The position numbers and the translations under genes were made by a program. Shown one piece after another: positions 14,446 through 28,389 of a stretch of DNA of 64,000 bases. Positions within the stretch are counted from its first letter, which is position 1; each line of letters opens with the position of its first letter. A model generated the notes under the pieces. It was not told the DNA's origin. It made no database searches and saw nothing but the letters and a program-made list of their open reading frames with translations. Source of the stretch: Eledone cirrhosa (lineage: Eukaryota); NCBI GenBank assembly GCA_964016885.1, contig OZ024742.1, positions 29,574,001-29,638,000 on the forward strand, in the 5' to 3' direction.

Positions 14446-15207
14446 ACATGCCAGATATAATGATATGGGACAGGGAAAAGAAGGCATGCATGGTAGTGGA
14501 AGTTAGCTGCCCAGCAGATACCAATATAATATTAAAGATCAACGAAAAGGAGAATATCTATACAGAACTAATGAGGAATCTGCAGATACTCCACCCTGAT
14601 TATACCTTCAGATGTATGCCTTTGCTTATTGGGTCTCTGAGATATGTTAGTAACTGCCTCAATACAAATTATGAGAAGCTGGGCTTCACAGAATCAGAAA
14701 ATAGTTCGAACATTACAAGTACATTCCGTTAATGCAACAGTAAAAATATGTAAAATATTCCAAAATTTCTGCATGTAATATCTGCATGTACACAGTTACC
14801 GATACAAAACATATGCACACAGATAACTCAGAACATACACATACATTAACATCTATACCTACACTCACATGCATGCAGACATTTATACATATATACTTAG
14901 TTGATGGTGTTTAAATTCCAATGAAAGACTTGTGTCTATGTTAGAAACCGACTCTCTCTTTCTATTGATAAAAATTTGTAAAATTATAAAGCCAGAAGAA
15001 CATACATACATATATACGTATATATACACACATACATACTTACACATACACATACATACATATATACATATACATATACATACATACACACATACACACA
15101 TACACATACATACATACACACACATACACATCACATATACACATACATACACACGTATATATTTATGTAACGAGGTGACCAGTTAGCTAAGACCAAGGTG
15201 AGGTCAT
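14446..15207 (+). mobile_element. R4/Dong/NeSL-type non-LTR retrotransposon 3' fragment with restriction-like endonuclease
   Basis: ORF 14397-14732: PDIMIWDREKKACMVVEVSCP...NEKENIY matches the PD-(D/E)xK RLE motif. The 3' UTR is duplicated at 16254-16756. Confidence 0.8.
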
Positions 15208-15564
15208 ATTTATACACACACATACACACACATACATACATACATACATACATACATACATACATACATACATACATACATACACTCACATACATACATA
15301 CACATATACGTATACATACATACACACATACATATACACATACACACACATACATACGTACATACATACACACATATACGTATACATACATACATACATA
15401 TACACATACACACACATACGTACATATACACACACATACATACATACACATATACGTATACATACACACACACATACATATACACATACACACACATACA
15501 CACGTACATACATACATATATACATATACACACACACACACATCATACATACATACATACATAC

Positions 15565-16178
15565 ATGGTGGCTGCCAACTCGTTTTAGAGTACGGCCACT
15601 ACTTTATATCCATGTAGGAGAACCCCTACCGATGCGCTGAACGAGTGTGACTTTTTAATCCAGCCAGCGACTTGAAAACTCTGGTACAAACACTACACTT
15701 GTGACAATTATTGACACATAGTGCTGGGCCCATGGTACCATGTGACGACAAGTGCAGAAAGATCTCCAGATATAAAGCAATGCCTGTGCCGTGAAGCTTT
15801 TATAGTGAGCAAAGGCACTGCACAAAACCAGTCCCACTCTCTTAACCAAGATGATATTTACCAAAAAGAAGAACAAGTCAACATTATTGGATAACATCAG
15901 AGTTGCAGGTGTTATATCAGAGTTTTCCTTCTCCTAGAATTCTGCCTTGACAAAGGCTAAGGGGTCATCTCTCCCGGTGATTTTGGATGGCCATTGACTC
16001 TTAAGAGCTCCTTTGCCTTTTGACAGGTCTTGTTTTTAGTCCTGCAGGATGTCCAAAGTCACCCTTCTCACCAAGAAACTTTGGTGGGGTTGCCAGTTTA
16101 GTCGCCAACGACCCGACCATGGGACAGGTTGTACTGGGATACATGTTACCAGTAGCACCAACTGGTGACCTGACATAA
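15565..16178 (-). mobile_element. Second copy of the RTE-derived non-autonomous repeat, flanked on both sides by (TACA)n
   Basis: Reverse complement of 3627-4182, with ~60 extra 5' bases. Confidence 0.75.
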
Positions 16179-16179
16179 C

Positions 16180-16211
<32 letters not shown>

Positions 16212-16253
16212 CATACATACATACAAACATACATACATACATACAAGTACAAT

Positions 16254-16756
16254 CCATTAATGGAACAGTAAAAATATGTAAAACATTCCAAAGATTTTGC
16301 ATCTAATAACTGCATATACACATTTACAGATACAAAGCATATGCACATGCACACATACAACTCAAAATATACACATCCACACATACAATAACATCCATAT
16401 ATACACATTCATGCATACATACATAATCTACCTAGTTGATGTTGTATAAATTTCAATGAGAGAGTCTTGTGTCTATGTTAGAAACCGACTCTCTCTCTGT
16501 TGGTAAAACTTTGTGAAATTATAAAACCTGAAGAACATACACACACACACAAATACACACACAATACACATCACACACACATACATACAGACACATGTAT
16601 ATATATATTTATGTAACGGTGTGACCAGTTAGCTAAGACCAAGATGAGGTCATCGGAACGTTTTCTCCACTTAAACTAGAAACCAATGTTTGTGTAATGT
16701 CGTCCATCATTACAATTATATTGTCTTGTGTGTCGTACAAAATTAAACAAGTAAAT
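16254..16756 (+). mobile_element. Second 3' UTR copy of the RLE-type element
   Basis: Aligns to 14726-15207 (cagtaaaaatatgtaaaa...gtgaccagttagctaagaccaag). Confidence 0.75.
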
Positions 16757-16964
16757 AGTCTACGATAATTCCAAATATAGGAGAAAATCAAAACTGTTTT
16801 ATATTCTCTCATATTTCCAGGGCTTTTCCTAATATTCCTCTTAGTGTTGTTGCTGTCGTTGTCGTTCTTATTTACGTTATCATTTTATGATTTTTATATT
16901 TTTATATCTTCTTTTTATATTTTTCTCGTTGATTTCCTATTCTTTTTCTTGTTGCTACTATTAC

Positions 16965-18392
<1,428 letters not shown>

Positions 18393-18454
18393 ACAAACTG
18401 TACTAAAACAACGTTTTGCCATCATTACTACTAGAGACATGTGGAGGTGACACG

Positions 18455-20010
18455 CACACACACTAATACACGTACTAACACACATACTAACACACATACT
18501 AATACACGTACTAACACACATACTAACACACATACTAAAACACACATACTAACACACATACTAACACACATACTAACACACATACTAAAACACACATACT
18601 AACACACATACTAACACACATACTAACACACATATACTAACACACACACATACTAACACACACATACTAACACACATACTAACACACATACTAACACACA
18701 TACTAAAACACACATACTAACACACATACTAACACACATACTAACACACATATACTAACACACACACATACTAACACACACATACTAACACACATACTAA
18801 CACACATACTAACACACATACTAACCCACACATACTAACACACATACTAACACACATATACTAACACACACATACTAACACACACATACTAACACATACT
18901 AACACACACATAGTATCACACACATACTAACACACACATACTAACACATACTAACACACACACATACTACCACACACACATACTACCACACACATACTAC
19001 ACACACATACTAACACACACATACTACGACACATACTAACACACACACTAACACACACACATACTACCACACACACATACTAACACACACACATACTAAC
19101 ACACATACTAACACACACATACTAACACACACACACACTACCACACACATACTACCACACACACACACTACCACACACATACTACCACATACACATACTA
19201 CCACACACACATACTACCACACACATACTAACACACACACATACTAACGCACACACATACTAACACACACACACTATCACACACACATACTACCACACAC
19301 ATACTAACACACACACATACTACCACACACACATACTACCACACACATACTAACACACACACATACTAACGCACACACATACTAACACACACACTATCAC
19401 ACACATACTACCACACACATACTAACACACACACATACTACCACACACACATACTACCACACACGTACTACCACACACACATACTACCACACACATACTA
19501 ACACACACACACTATCACACACATACTACCACACACACATACTAACACACACAGACTACCACACACATACTACTACACACACATACTAACACACACAGAC
19601 TACCACACACATACTACCACACACACATACTAACACACACACATACTACCACACGCACACACACTAACATACACACATACTAACGCACACACATACTAAC
19701 ACACACATACTACCACACACACATACTAACACACACACATACTACCACACGCACACACACTAACATACACACATACTAACGCACACACATACTAACACAC
19801 ACATACTAACACACACACACTAACACAGACACATACTACCACACACATACTACCACACACACACATACTACCATACACATACTACCACACACACACATAT
19901 TAACACACACACATACTACCATACACATACTACCACACACACACATACTAACACACACACATACTACCATACACATACTACCACACACACACTAACACCC
20001 ACACACACAC
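18455..20010. repeat. ~12-bp minisatellite (TACTAACACACA)n with TACTACCACACA variants
   Basis: Over 100 visible units. Confidence 0.95.
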
Positions 20011-20095
20011 TTATAATCAGGTATGTGTGTGTAAATGTTTATGTCTATGTGTGTATGCCTGTGTACATACATATATATATATATATATGTACACT

Positions 20096-20166
<71 letters not shown>

Positions 20167-20249
20167 CTTTATATACACGCACATACATATATATCTATAT
20201 CTATATATATATATATATATATATGTATACAGACTCATGTGTCTTTCTG

Positions 20250-20282
<33 letters not shown>

Positions 20283-20361
20283 ATATACATATATATATAC
20301 AAATATATATATATACATATATATGTATATATATGTATTTATACATATTATATATATATAC

Positions 20362-20434
<73 letters not shown>

Positions 20435-20459
20435 CACACAAACACACACACACCCACAG

Positions 20460-20491
<32 letters not shown>

Positions 20492-20504
20492 TTGTGTGTA
20501 TGTG

Positions 20505-20546
<42 letters not shown>

Positions 20547-20737
20547 GTTTTGTGTTGCAGCTTCAAAACAATGTCAGTTTTTGTTGTTGTTTTTTCTTAC
20601 TTAGTTTTGAGTTCTTCAATTCATTTCATTTACAATATATTACATTTAAGCTATAATTTATTACTGAAATGACTAGCCTATACACACTATCTCATTTCTA
20701 ATATTGAGTTTCAGTTTTTCATATTAGTCTACCATCG

Positions 20738-20928
20738 TGTGGTGGATTGGCAGCATTTGTGGGAGGTAGGTAGAATACTGTGGCCATATTTGGTGTTGCA
20801 AATCCAGGCAAGGTCAACTGTTACGTTCATCATTTTGAGTTTGATAAAATAGAGTACCAGTAATTTTCAGGGTTGATGTAATCAACTTTTCTTTTCTCTC
20901 CAAGATTGATGGACTTATGCTTAAATTT
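20738..20928 (+). mobile_element. Diverged SINE family 1 copy
   Basis: gtggattggcag...ttgataaaatagagtaccagtaat. Confidence 0.6.
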
Positions 20929-21217
20929 ATGGTTGGATAACATCCATGGGCTAGGCTAGGCTTGGTCTCGCTTGGCTTGGGGATCTACTCGGATCAGTTG
21001 GAAACGGTTGCTTCCTACAGGACCCGCTGGAAGAAGTGTTTGAAAACTCTGTTCCCCACCACCCTCTCAGAAATAATTGGGCGAAGAAGAAGAAGAAGAA
21101 GAAGAAGTAGAAGAAGAAGAAGAAGAAGAAGAAGAAGAAGAAGAAGAAGAAGAAGAAGAAGAAGAAGAAGAAGAAGAAGAAGAAGAAGAAGAAGAAGAAG
21201 AAGAAGAAGAAGAAGAA

Positions 21218-21250
<33 letters not shown>
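20929..21250 (+). mobile_element. RTE LINE extreme 3' end with (GAA)n/(GAT)n tail
   Basis: tggttggataacatc matches the WLDNI end of the minus-strand RTE at ~22100. A long (GAA)n follows. Confidence 0.65.
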
Positions 21251-21251
<1 letters not shown>

Positions 21252-21279
21252 TTATTTGCCTATCGTGCATCTTCTCCTC

Positions 21280-21720
21280 CATTGCAGAAGAGCTCATGAT
21301 GTTGATTCAAAAAATCGAGACAGTGTATTCCATTGAACAACGCAGAGAATGCTGGGACTTCATTAATGAAATTAATGGCAGGGAAGCTTCTAAGAAGGGG
21401 GTTGTTTCAAAGGGAACAGCAAGGAAGATAGATTGAAAAAGTGGCTGTTTCACTTCAGTGATTTACTTGGAACGGAATCAAGCATTACAGGTAATGAAGA
21501 GGAAAAAATTATCTCTGTTCTGCCAAATATTGGAATAAGCAGAGAACCTTTCACAATGGAGAAGTATCAGGGTATCAGGCAATGAAGAAAAGGTTAGTAG
21601 GAGGAAAAGCACCAGAGCCTGATGACATACCAGCAGAGAATTTCAACCTTCTAACATCGATAATATCATTCTTTATCAAAATTTCTTACAGAATTAAAAT
21701 GTAAAAAATCTCAACAATGG
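21280..21720 (+). pseudogene. Decayed RTE-like LINE ORF fragment (region preceding RT)
   Basis: Pieces translate as WDFINEING, KWLFHFSDLLG, EPFTME and GKAPEPDDIPAE; frameshifted. Confidence 0.6.
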
Positions 21721-21831
21721 TCATAGTTTGATATAAAACCTCCACCTCTATGTCTGCTCATCTAAGTTATAAAATACACTAACACAGGATGTATTTAACA
21801 TCCCTTGCATAAGAAACCACAAAAACGATGG

Positions 21832-22430
21832 TCTTCTTCTTCTTCTTCTTCTTCTTCTTCTTCTTCTTCTTCTTCTTCTTCTTCTTCTTCTTCTTCTTCT
21901 TCTTCTTCTTCTTCTTCTTCTTCTTCTTCTTCTTCTTCTTCTCTGTATCTTGCAGGAATATTTATTATTAGCTCATATTTATTGTTATATTTATTCCTGA
22001 GAAAGTCGTCAAATACCCCTTCTAGTGGGCCCTGTCTCCAACTGATCCGGGTGGAGCTCCAAGCGAAACCAAGACCAACCCAGCTCATAGATGTTATCCA
22101 ACCATCTTGCTCGGTGTCTACCCCTGGCTCTCCTGTCGGTTGGTTTTGCCTGTAAAATCTGTCCAGTGTCTCTTTCCTGAGACATTCTAACCACATGCTC
22201 ATAATATCGGAGTTATGATTTCTCAATTCGGAGAAAAGCAGCTCTACCTGGAGTGACTCTCTGATCTCCGAGCTACGCACTTTACCGAGTAACGTTACTC
22301 CAAAAGCCCTTCGAAGGAACCCCATTTCGACAGATTGTATTCGTGATCGCATTATTTCGGTCTTTACCCTAGATTCATGACCATAGTTAAGGGCTGGATG
22401 GTTCTTAACATCGCTTGAAAGAGTGACAGC
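21832..22430 (-). mobile_element. RTE LINE 3' fragment, with (GAA)n downstream on its own strand
   Basis: RSRIQSVEMGFLRRAFGVTLLGKVRSSEIRESL and RRARGRHRARWLDNI are typical of an RTE C-terminus. Confidence 0.8.
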
Positions 22431-22853
22431 ACTAATACTACAGAACTTCGTGATGGTCAGCAGAATCTAAAGCTTTAACACATCGATGATTCTTCTTCTT
22501 GACATATGACATATATACAATAGTTACAGAGGCAGAGAGCGACGAGCTAGGCTCAGGCGTCATTTGAAGCGATTTCCTCCAGGCCGCCGGAAAACGTCTC
22601 AGGGGAAAATCCCGAACAGTTACCACAGTTACTCAGTCCAGTACCTGGACTGAGTAACTGTGGAAGACAAACCATTCACTTTATTGACATACTTCAAAAG
22701 ACTGTATCGGAAATACAGAGACGGTGGAGACAGACGTCTAACATGAGATTGTTTTCCTTGTTCGATTAGAAGATCGGCTGAGATGAGATGAAATGATATG
22801 TGTATGTTTGTATATATACACATACTCACACTTAAATACACACACACGCTCAC

Positions 22854-22911
<58 letters not shown>

Positions 22912-23121
22912 GTGAGCGAATAGGATAGAATGCCGGATGGTCAAGCCATTTAATCTTAACCGTCTGGCCTCCTAATCTATAATAGTATTTACTTTCTACG
23001 TTCTTTAAATATGGATTACTAAGTTGAATAATGGTCTGATTAGTTGTAACTAGCAAGGTCTCATCTCCACACACATATATATATGTGTGTGTGTATGTAA
23101 TTCTATATATACTATATATAT

Positions 23122-23271
23122 ATATTGTTATACTTTGGGAGGGTCATGTTGCCAATAAGAAACACACGCACCAGTTGCTTTCACTTCAATTTATTATAAT
23201 AAATTGAAGTGAAAGCAACTGGTGCGTGTGTTTCTTATTGGCAACATGACCCTCCCAAAGTATAACAATAT
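23122..23271. repeat. 150-bp perfect palindrome with no spacer
   Basis: Arms read as exact reverse complements; centre ttatta|taataa at 23196/23197. Confidence 0.95.
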
Positions 23272-23369
23272 CGGTTTCAACACACGTTTTCAAATAAAGA
23301 ATCTTGCTAAACAAATTCAGAAACGAAATATATATAGACATACATGCACACACATATATATATATATAT

Positions 23370-23465
<96 letters not shown>

Positions 23466-23827
23466 ATGTATATAAACGATATATACTTGGATATACCAAT
23501 TGAGAAACAAACTAGTATCTTGTACATATATAAAGAGCAAATGATATGTAGATTTAATACAAATTTAAAAACATATTCTTAGGTGTTCAAATAGGGCTAT
23601 ATTTACATTAAGATTATAATTTACTATCATAGATAGATATGTTTATATTTATATATAATTAAGGTTTGGTTTCAAAGGGAGATAAGGAAGGGAAAGGATT
23701 CACAGTTAAATAAGGTACTCAATGCATTTGTTCATAGAGAAACGATTTCTGTAAGCCAAGAAACGAATGAAAAGTTTCGTGTCCTGTAAACATGAAATAG
23801 CCGGATAGATAGATAAACAGATAGATA

Positions 23828-24785
23828 TATTCCTTTATTTGCCACAAGGGCGCACAAGAAAAGGGGACAATACAAAGACACATACCGGGGATTTTACATA
23901 CAGTCGGGTAAAAAAAAAATATAAAAAACAATTATAACAATCGAAATCCCTAATAGCGAGGAGATGCCACAAATGGGTTGTTTAATACCCCGTCGATAGA
24001 ACAACCCTCAACTTCAGGAGCGTGTTGTGCAAGTGCTTCCTTCTTCCTTTTGCTCTCTTCTTTAACCTACAGGCTTATAAACAGAGGAGGCCCAATCACT
24101 CGGGCCATTTTCGCTTCATTCACCCACCTTTCAGTAAATTTACTGGGGTGCAGTGCCTCTCTCTCTCCATTCTGATACTTCTTCTAAAGTGATATTTAAA
24201 GAAGGGAATCAATTGTTGTTCGGAGAGAAAGGCATCTGTCCTCAGTCCTCTCAATCTCGTCCACCATATAACCTCTTTCACCATAGCCACTGTACGGAGG
24301 AAAACCGCCTCTCTTTCGTTTTTGAAAGAGGCTGGCGGTTTGATCCTTACTATGGACTCGGTAGTCAACTGGATTTGTCCCATACGCGACAGCAGTTGTT
24401 CTGCTTAGTTCCACAGGTCGCTTACGCCCGAGCAGTGTACAATTGCGTGCAAGACGGTTTCAATGTCCTGCTGGCATCTTGGACACGTCTTCTTGGAAGA
24501 ATCCCTGTCGGGGCGTCCGTGCCTGTAAATCTTGTCACGAACCGGTAGAGCTCCTCGGAAGCACTGCCAGGCCAGGGATTGTGGAAGTTGTCCATAGGTC
24601 CCGGGCGGAAAGTCCTACCGAACAGACTGGTGAGCTCGTCGTCTTCGACGCCTAGAGTCTCCCCGAGCACGTCGTCGCATTTGTAAAGTACTAACCCTCT
24701 ATAGAATGTCGAAGTGGAGTCTCCATAGATTGCTGTGACCGCTTGACAGGGGACTGTGAGCGCCTGGGCGCATTCAATATGCCGG

Positions 24786-24786
<1 letters not shown>
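23828..24786 (-). mobile_element. Tx1-like retrotransposon copy B, 5'-truncated, between GATA tracts
   Basis: C-terminal ORF2 (PGPMDNF, VIWWTRL, KYHFRR). Its own 3' UTR has AATAAA. GATA repeats at 23804-23826 and 24787-24842. Confidence 0.92.
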
Positions 24787-24843
<57 letters not shown>

Positions 24844-25081
24844 TGTTTCTTTATTAGCCACAGGGGCACAAAAGAAGGGGACAAATACAAAGGGGGAAGT
24901 TTACATACAATAAAAACGTGTAAAATACTATCACAAATACAATTTAAAAGTTAATCGATTTTCCACAATAGGGGGAGACATTACATATGGGTAACACATA
25001 CCCCCGAAAGAATGTGCAACCCTCATCTCCAGGATTACGAAGAGTTTGCACCCCTTTCCTCTCCTCCTCTTTTTCCTCAAC

Positions 25082-28000
25082 CTACAGGCTAATATAGAAA
25101 GAAGGCCCATTCACTCGGGCCATTCTCGCCACTTTCACCCATCTTTCATAAAACTTGCTGGGGTACAGCACCTCTCTCTCCATCCTGATTCTTCTTCTAA
25201 AGTGGTATTTGAAAAAAAGAATCAGTTGTTGGCCGGAGAGAAAGGAGTCTGACCTCAGCCCTTTCAACCTTGTCCACCACACAACTTCTTTCGCCATAGT
25301 TATCACACAAAGGAAAACCGCCTCTCCTTTGTTTTTGAAGGAGGGTGGCGGTTTGATCATGACAATGGACTCGGTGGTCAACCGGATTGGTCCCACCCGC
25401 GACAATAGTCGTTCTAAATAGCCCCACAGATCGGTAACGCCCGGGCAGTGTATGAATGCGTGCGCGACGGTTTGTTCGTCTCGCACGCACCTAGGACAAA
25501 TCTTTTTCGGAGGGTCCTTGCCCGGGCGCCCATGTCTGTAGAGCTTGTCTGAACTGGTAGAGCTCCTCGGTAGCAGTGCCAGGCCAGGGCCTTTTGGAAG
25601 TTGTCCGTCGGTCCCGGGCGGAAGGTACTACCGAAGAGACTGACCAGTTCATCTTCCGCTACGCCTAGAGATTCACCGAGCGCGTTGTCGCACTTGCTGC
25701 GGATCAACCCTCAATAGAATGACGAAGTGGAGTTTCCACTGATCGCCGGGTCCGCCTGCCAGAGGGCCGTGAGCGCCTGAGCACATTCGATGTGCCAGTC
25801 GCCCATTTTCCTCGGTCTTTGCTTGACCCAGGACTGCAGCTCAGTCAGCAAGATGAGTCGTGGGAAGGCTCGCCTCACGAACGGGGCCCACACCGGTTGT
25901 CCGGTGAGGAATACGTAGAGATACCGCAGCCTGAGCACGTATTTGCGCATCGTCAGCCACGGTTGCCCCAGCCCTCCGTTGTAGGGTGTTGGCAGCAGAT
26001 GGATCTTCTCACCAAAGGAGCCCGCCTCCTCCAAAGGAATTAGAAGAGCGCGCGCTCCATTTTGGTGAGCGTTTTGACTGGACAAGGCACGACGGTCAAG
26101 CGGTAGTAGATGGCGGACGCTATAAAAGTGTTCGCCACCTCCTCTCGACCTTTCAAGAATAGTTTGCACTTGGCCCACTTCTGGGTGAGTGCAAACACCT
26201 TGGCCGTCACCTCGTTCCAGTTCTTCTCCACCTGGAGATCCGGACCAATCCAGACCCCGAGCAGCTTTACCGGTCCTTCAGTCCAGCGTCCGACGACGCC
26301 ATCGGAAGGCATCAGTTTGCCTCTCCACGATCCGAGTTGCAAACCGATGGACTTGTCCCGGTTCAGCTTCGCTCCTGTGAACCTTTCGTATTCCTTCAGT
26401 AAGGTGCCGACTTCCTCGATTTGCGAGGCGCTCGACACTACTACTGTTACGTCGTCGGCGTAGGCCGAGGCTGCTTTCCGCAGTCCCGGTTCCATAGGGA
26501 TGCCCTGCAATAGCTCCAACTTCCGCAGTAGTGGCTCGAGAGTCAGTACGTACAGAAGGGAGGAGAGAGGGCATCCCTGTCGAATGGATCGCGTGATATG
26601 GAACGGCTCCGAGAGGTAGCCGTTCATCTTGAGCAGATGTTGCTGTGGTGCATTGCAGCAGTGCAACCCCTGAACACGGGTCCGAATCCTGCCGCCTCGA
26701 GCACCGCATCCAGATAACCATGGTCAACCCTATCGAAAGACTTAGACTTATCCAAGTTGATCAGGGCCCCACCGAAGCCGGGTTTACACCCTACCCTCTC
26801 TATGATGTATCGCATGAGGTAGAGGTTGTCGTGTACGGACCTGGTTGGGATTGCGCATATCTGCGCTTCTCCCACCAGGTTCGCGAAGACAAACGCCAGC
26901 CTCTTTGCCAACACCTTGGCCAAAATCTGTAACTCTGCTGTTTAGCAGAGTTATGGGCCGGAAGTTGCCTATGTCATCTCCCTTATTCTCGTCCTTCCTG
27001 ATTAGTGTGACTACGCCCCCGGCCACAGAACTGGGAATTCTCCCGTTCTGCTGCCAGTTGCAGTAGACCGCTTCCAGGAGACCGGAGAATAAGTCCGGCA
27101 TTGCTACCGAAATCCATAGCCCTTCTCGGCGCGCCGCCCTGCCCGAACAGTTGAGCAAAGTGCCGCTGAAAGTCCTCACACATCTGCTTCGGCTCACGTA
27201 TCACGCGTCCGTCTTGGTCCTTCAAAGACTGAATCGTGGACTTGTTTCCACTTTTTGCCTCCGTCACTCGGGCCCAGCTAACAGCTTTGGCTCCCTCGTT
27301 TCCCAGAGCACGTATTTTGCTTCTGACAACGCATCCCTCGTGCTTTGCGTCGAAGAACTGGTCCAAGGCCGTTCTCGTTGCTAGCACGCTGTCCCTCGTT
27401 GCCACTTCTAATTGCCTCTTCTACTTTATCTACCAGTTCCTTCTCGGTCCTATTTCTATCTAACGCTAATTCTTTACTAAAAACTAACGAATCTAATCTA
27501 ACTGCCCCCTTGAGAGAGTACCGCCATCTGTTGTTGACAATGGCCCCTGTCAAGTGCTGTTTAACTAAAGTGCTAATCCGTCTACTGTAGGCTTTGCATG
27601 TCGGTAACGACAAGTTCAGCTTCCAGTAGCCGGGTCCTTGTCTATGGGTTCTATCAAGGTTGACCATGCAGGTCACTAGTTTGTGATCTGAATAGGCAAC
27701 CATGAACATTTGTGGACAGCTTAACATGTCCCTATCCTTATTTCTAACTAAAACCCTATCTAGGTACGATCTAGATGTTCCGCTACGATTAGTCTACGTC
27801 CACAGTGGCACAGTCGGAAAATCTAGTCGATATCTAACAGCCAGGTCAAATCGGCCGATTAACTGTTTGAGGCTGTTACACACCCCTCTATCGGGACATG
27901 CTCCCACATAGTCCCAACGTGCATCTAGGATTCCATTCCAGCCCCCACTAAAATCAAGGAGCGTGACGTTCCCAGAAGAGTCTCTAGACGTTTGAAGAAG

Positions 28001-28340
28001 TCTGGCCGCGGTGTCCCGGATGGGGTATATGCGGCCACCAGCCTGAAGGCTCTACCTTCACTACCGTCAATGTCTAGGACCACCAGTCGACCCTCCGGGT
28101 CCAGATGTACCGTCTGTGTTACGAGGCCCAGGTGTTTCCGCAGCAAAACGGCAACTCCGCCTCCCACACCCCGGCTGACAGAGAGATTCGTAGATCTCAA
28201 AGTCATCGAAGATGGGGGCCAGCTGTCGCAAATGGCTACTACATCCATACTGTGCGACCTGAGGTCGTTTAAGAGTTGCCCTGTTTCCAGGACATCCCCA
28301 GGCCGCGTACATTCACACATCCAACTCTTATATTGGCCAT
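25082..28340 (-). pseudogene. Copy C ORF2: APE endonuclease, RT and C-terminal zinc finger (multiple frameshifts)
   Basis: ATG at 28340 (MANIRVGCVNVRGL), SDHK, GPGYWKLN, NFRPITLLN, QGCPLS, YADD, C..C...HAFIHC. Confidence 0.93.
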
Positions 28341-28389
28341 GTTGGTTCTGAAAAGTTAAAAGAAGAGAAGAAAACACTAACCTCTTCGT

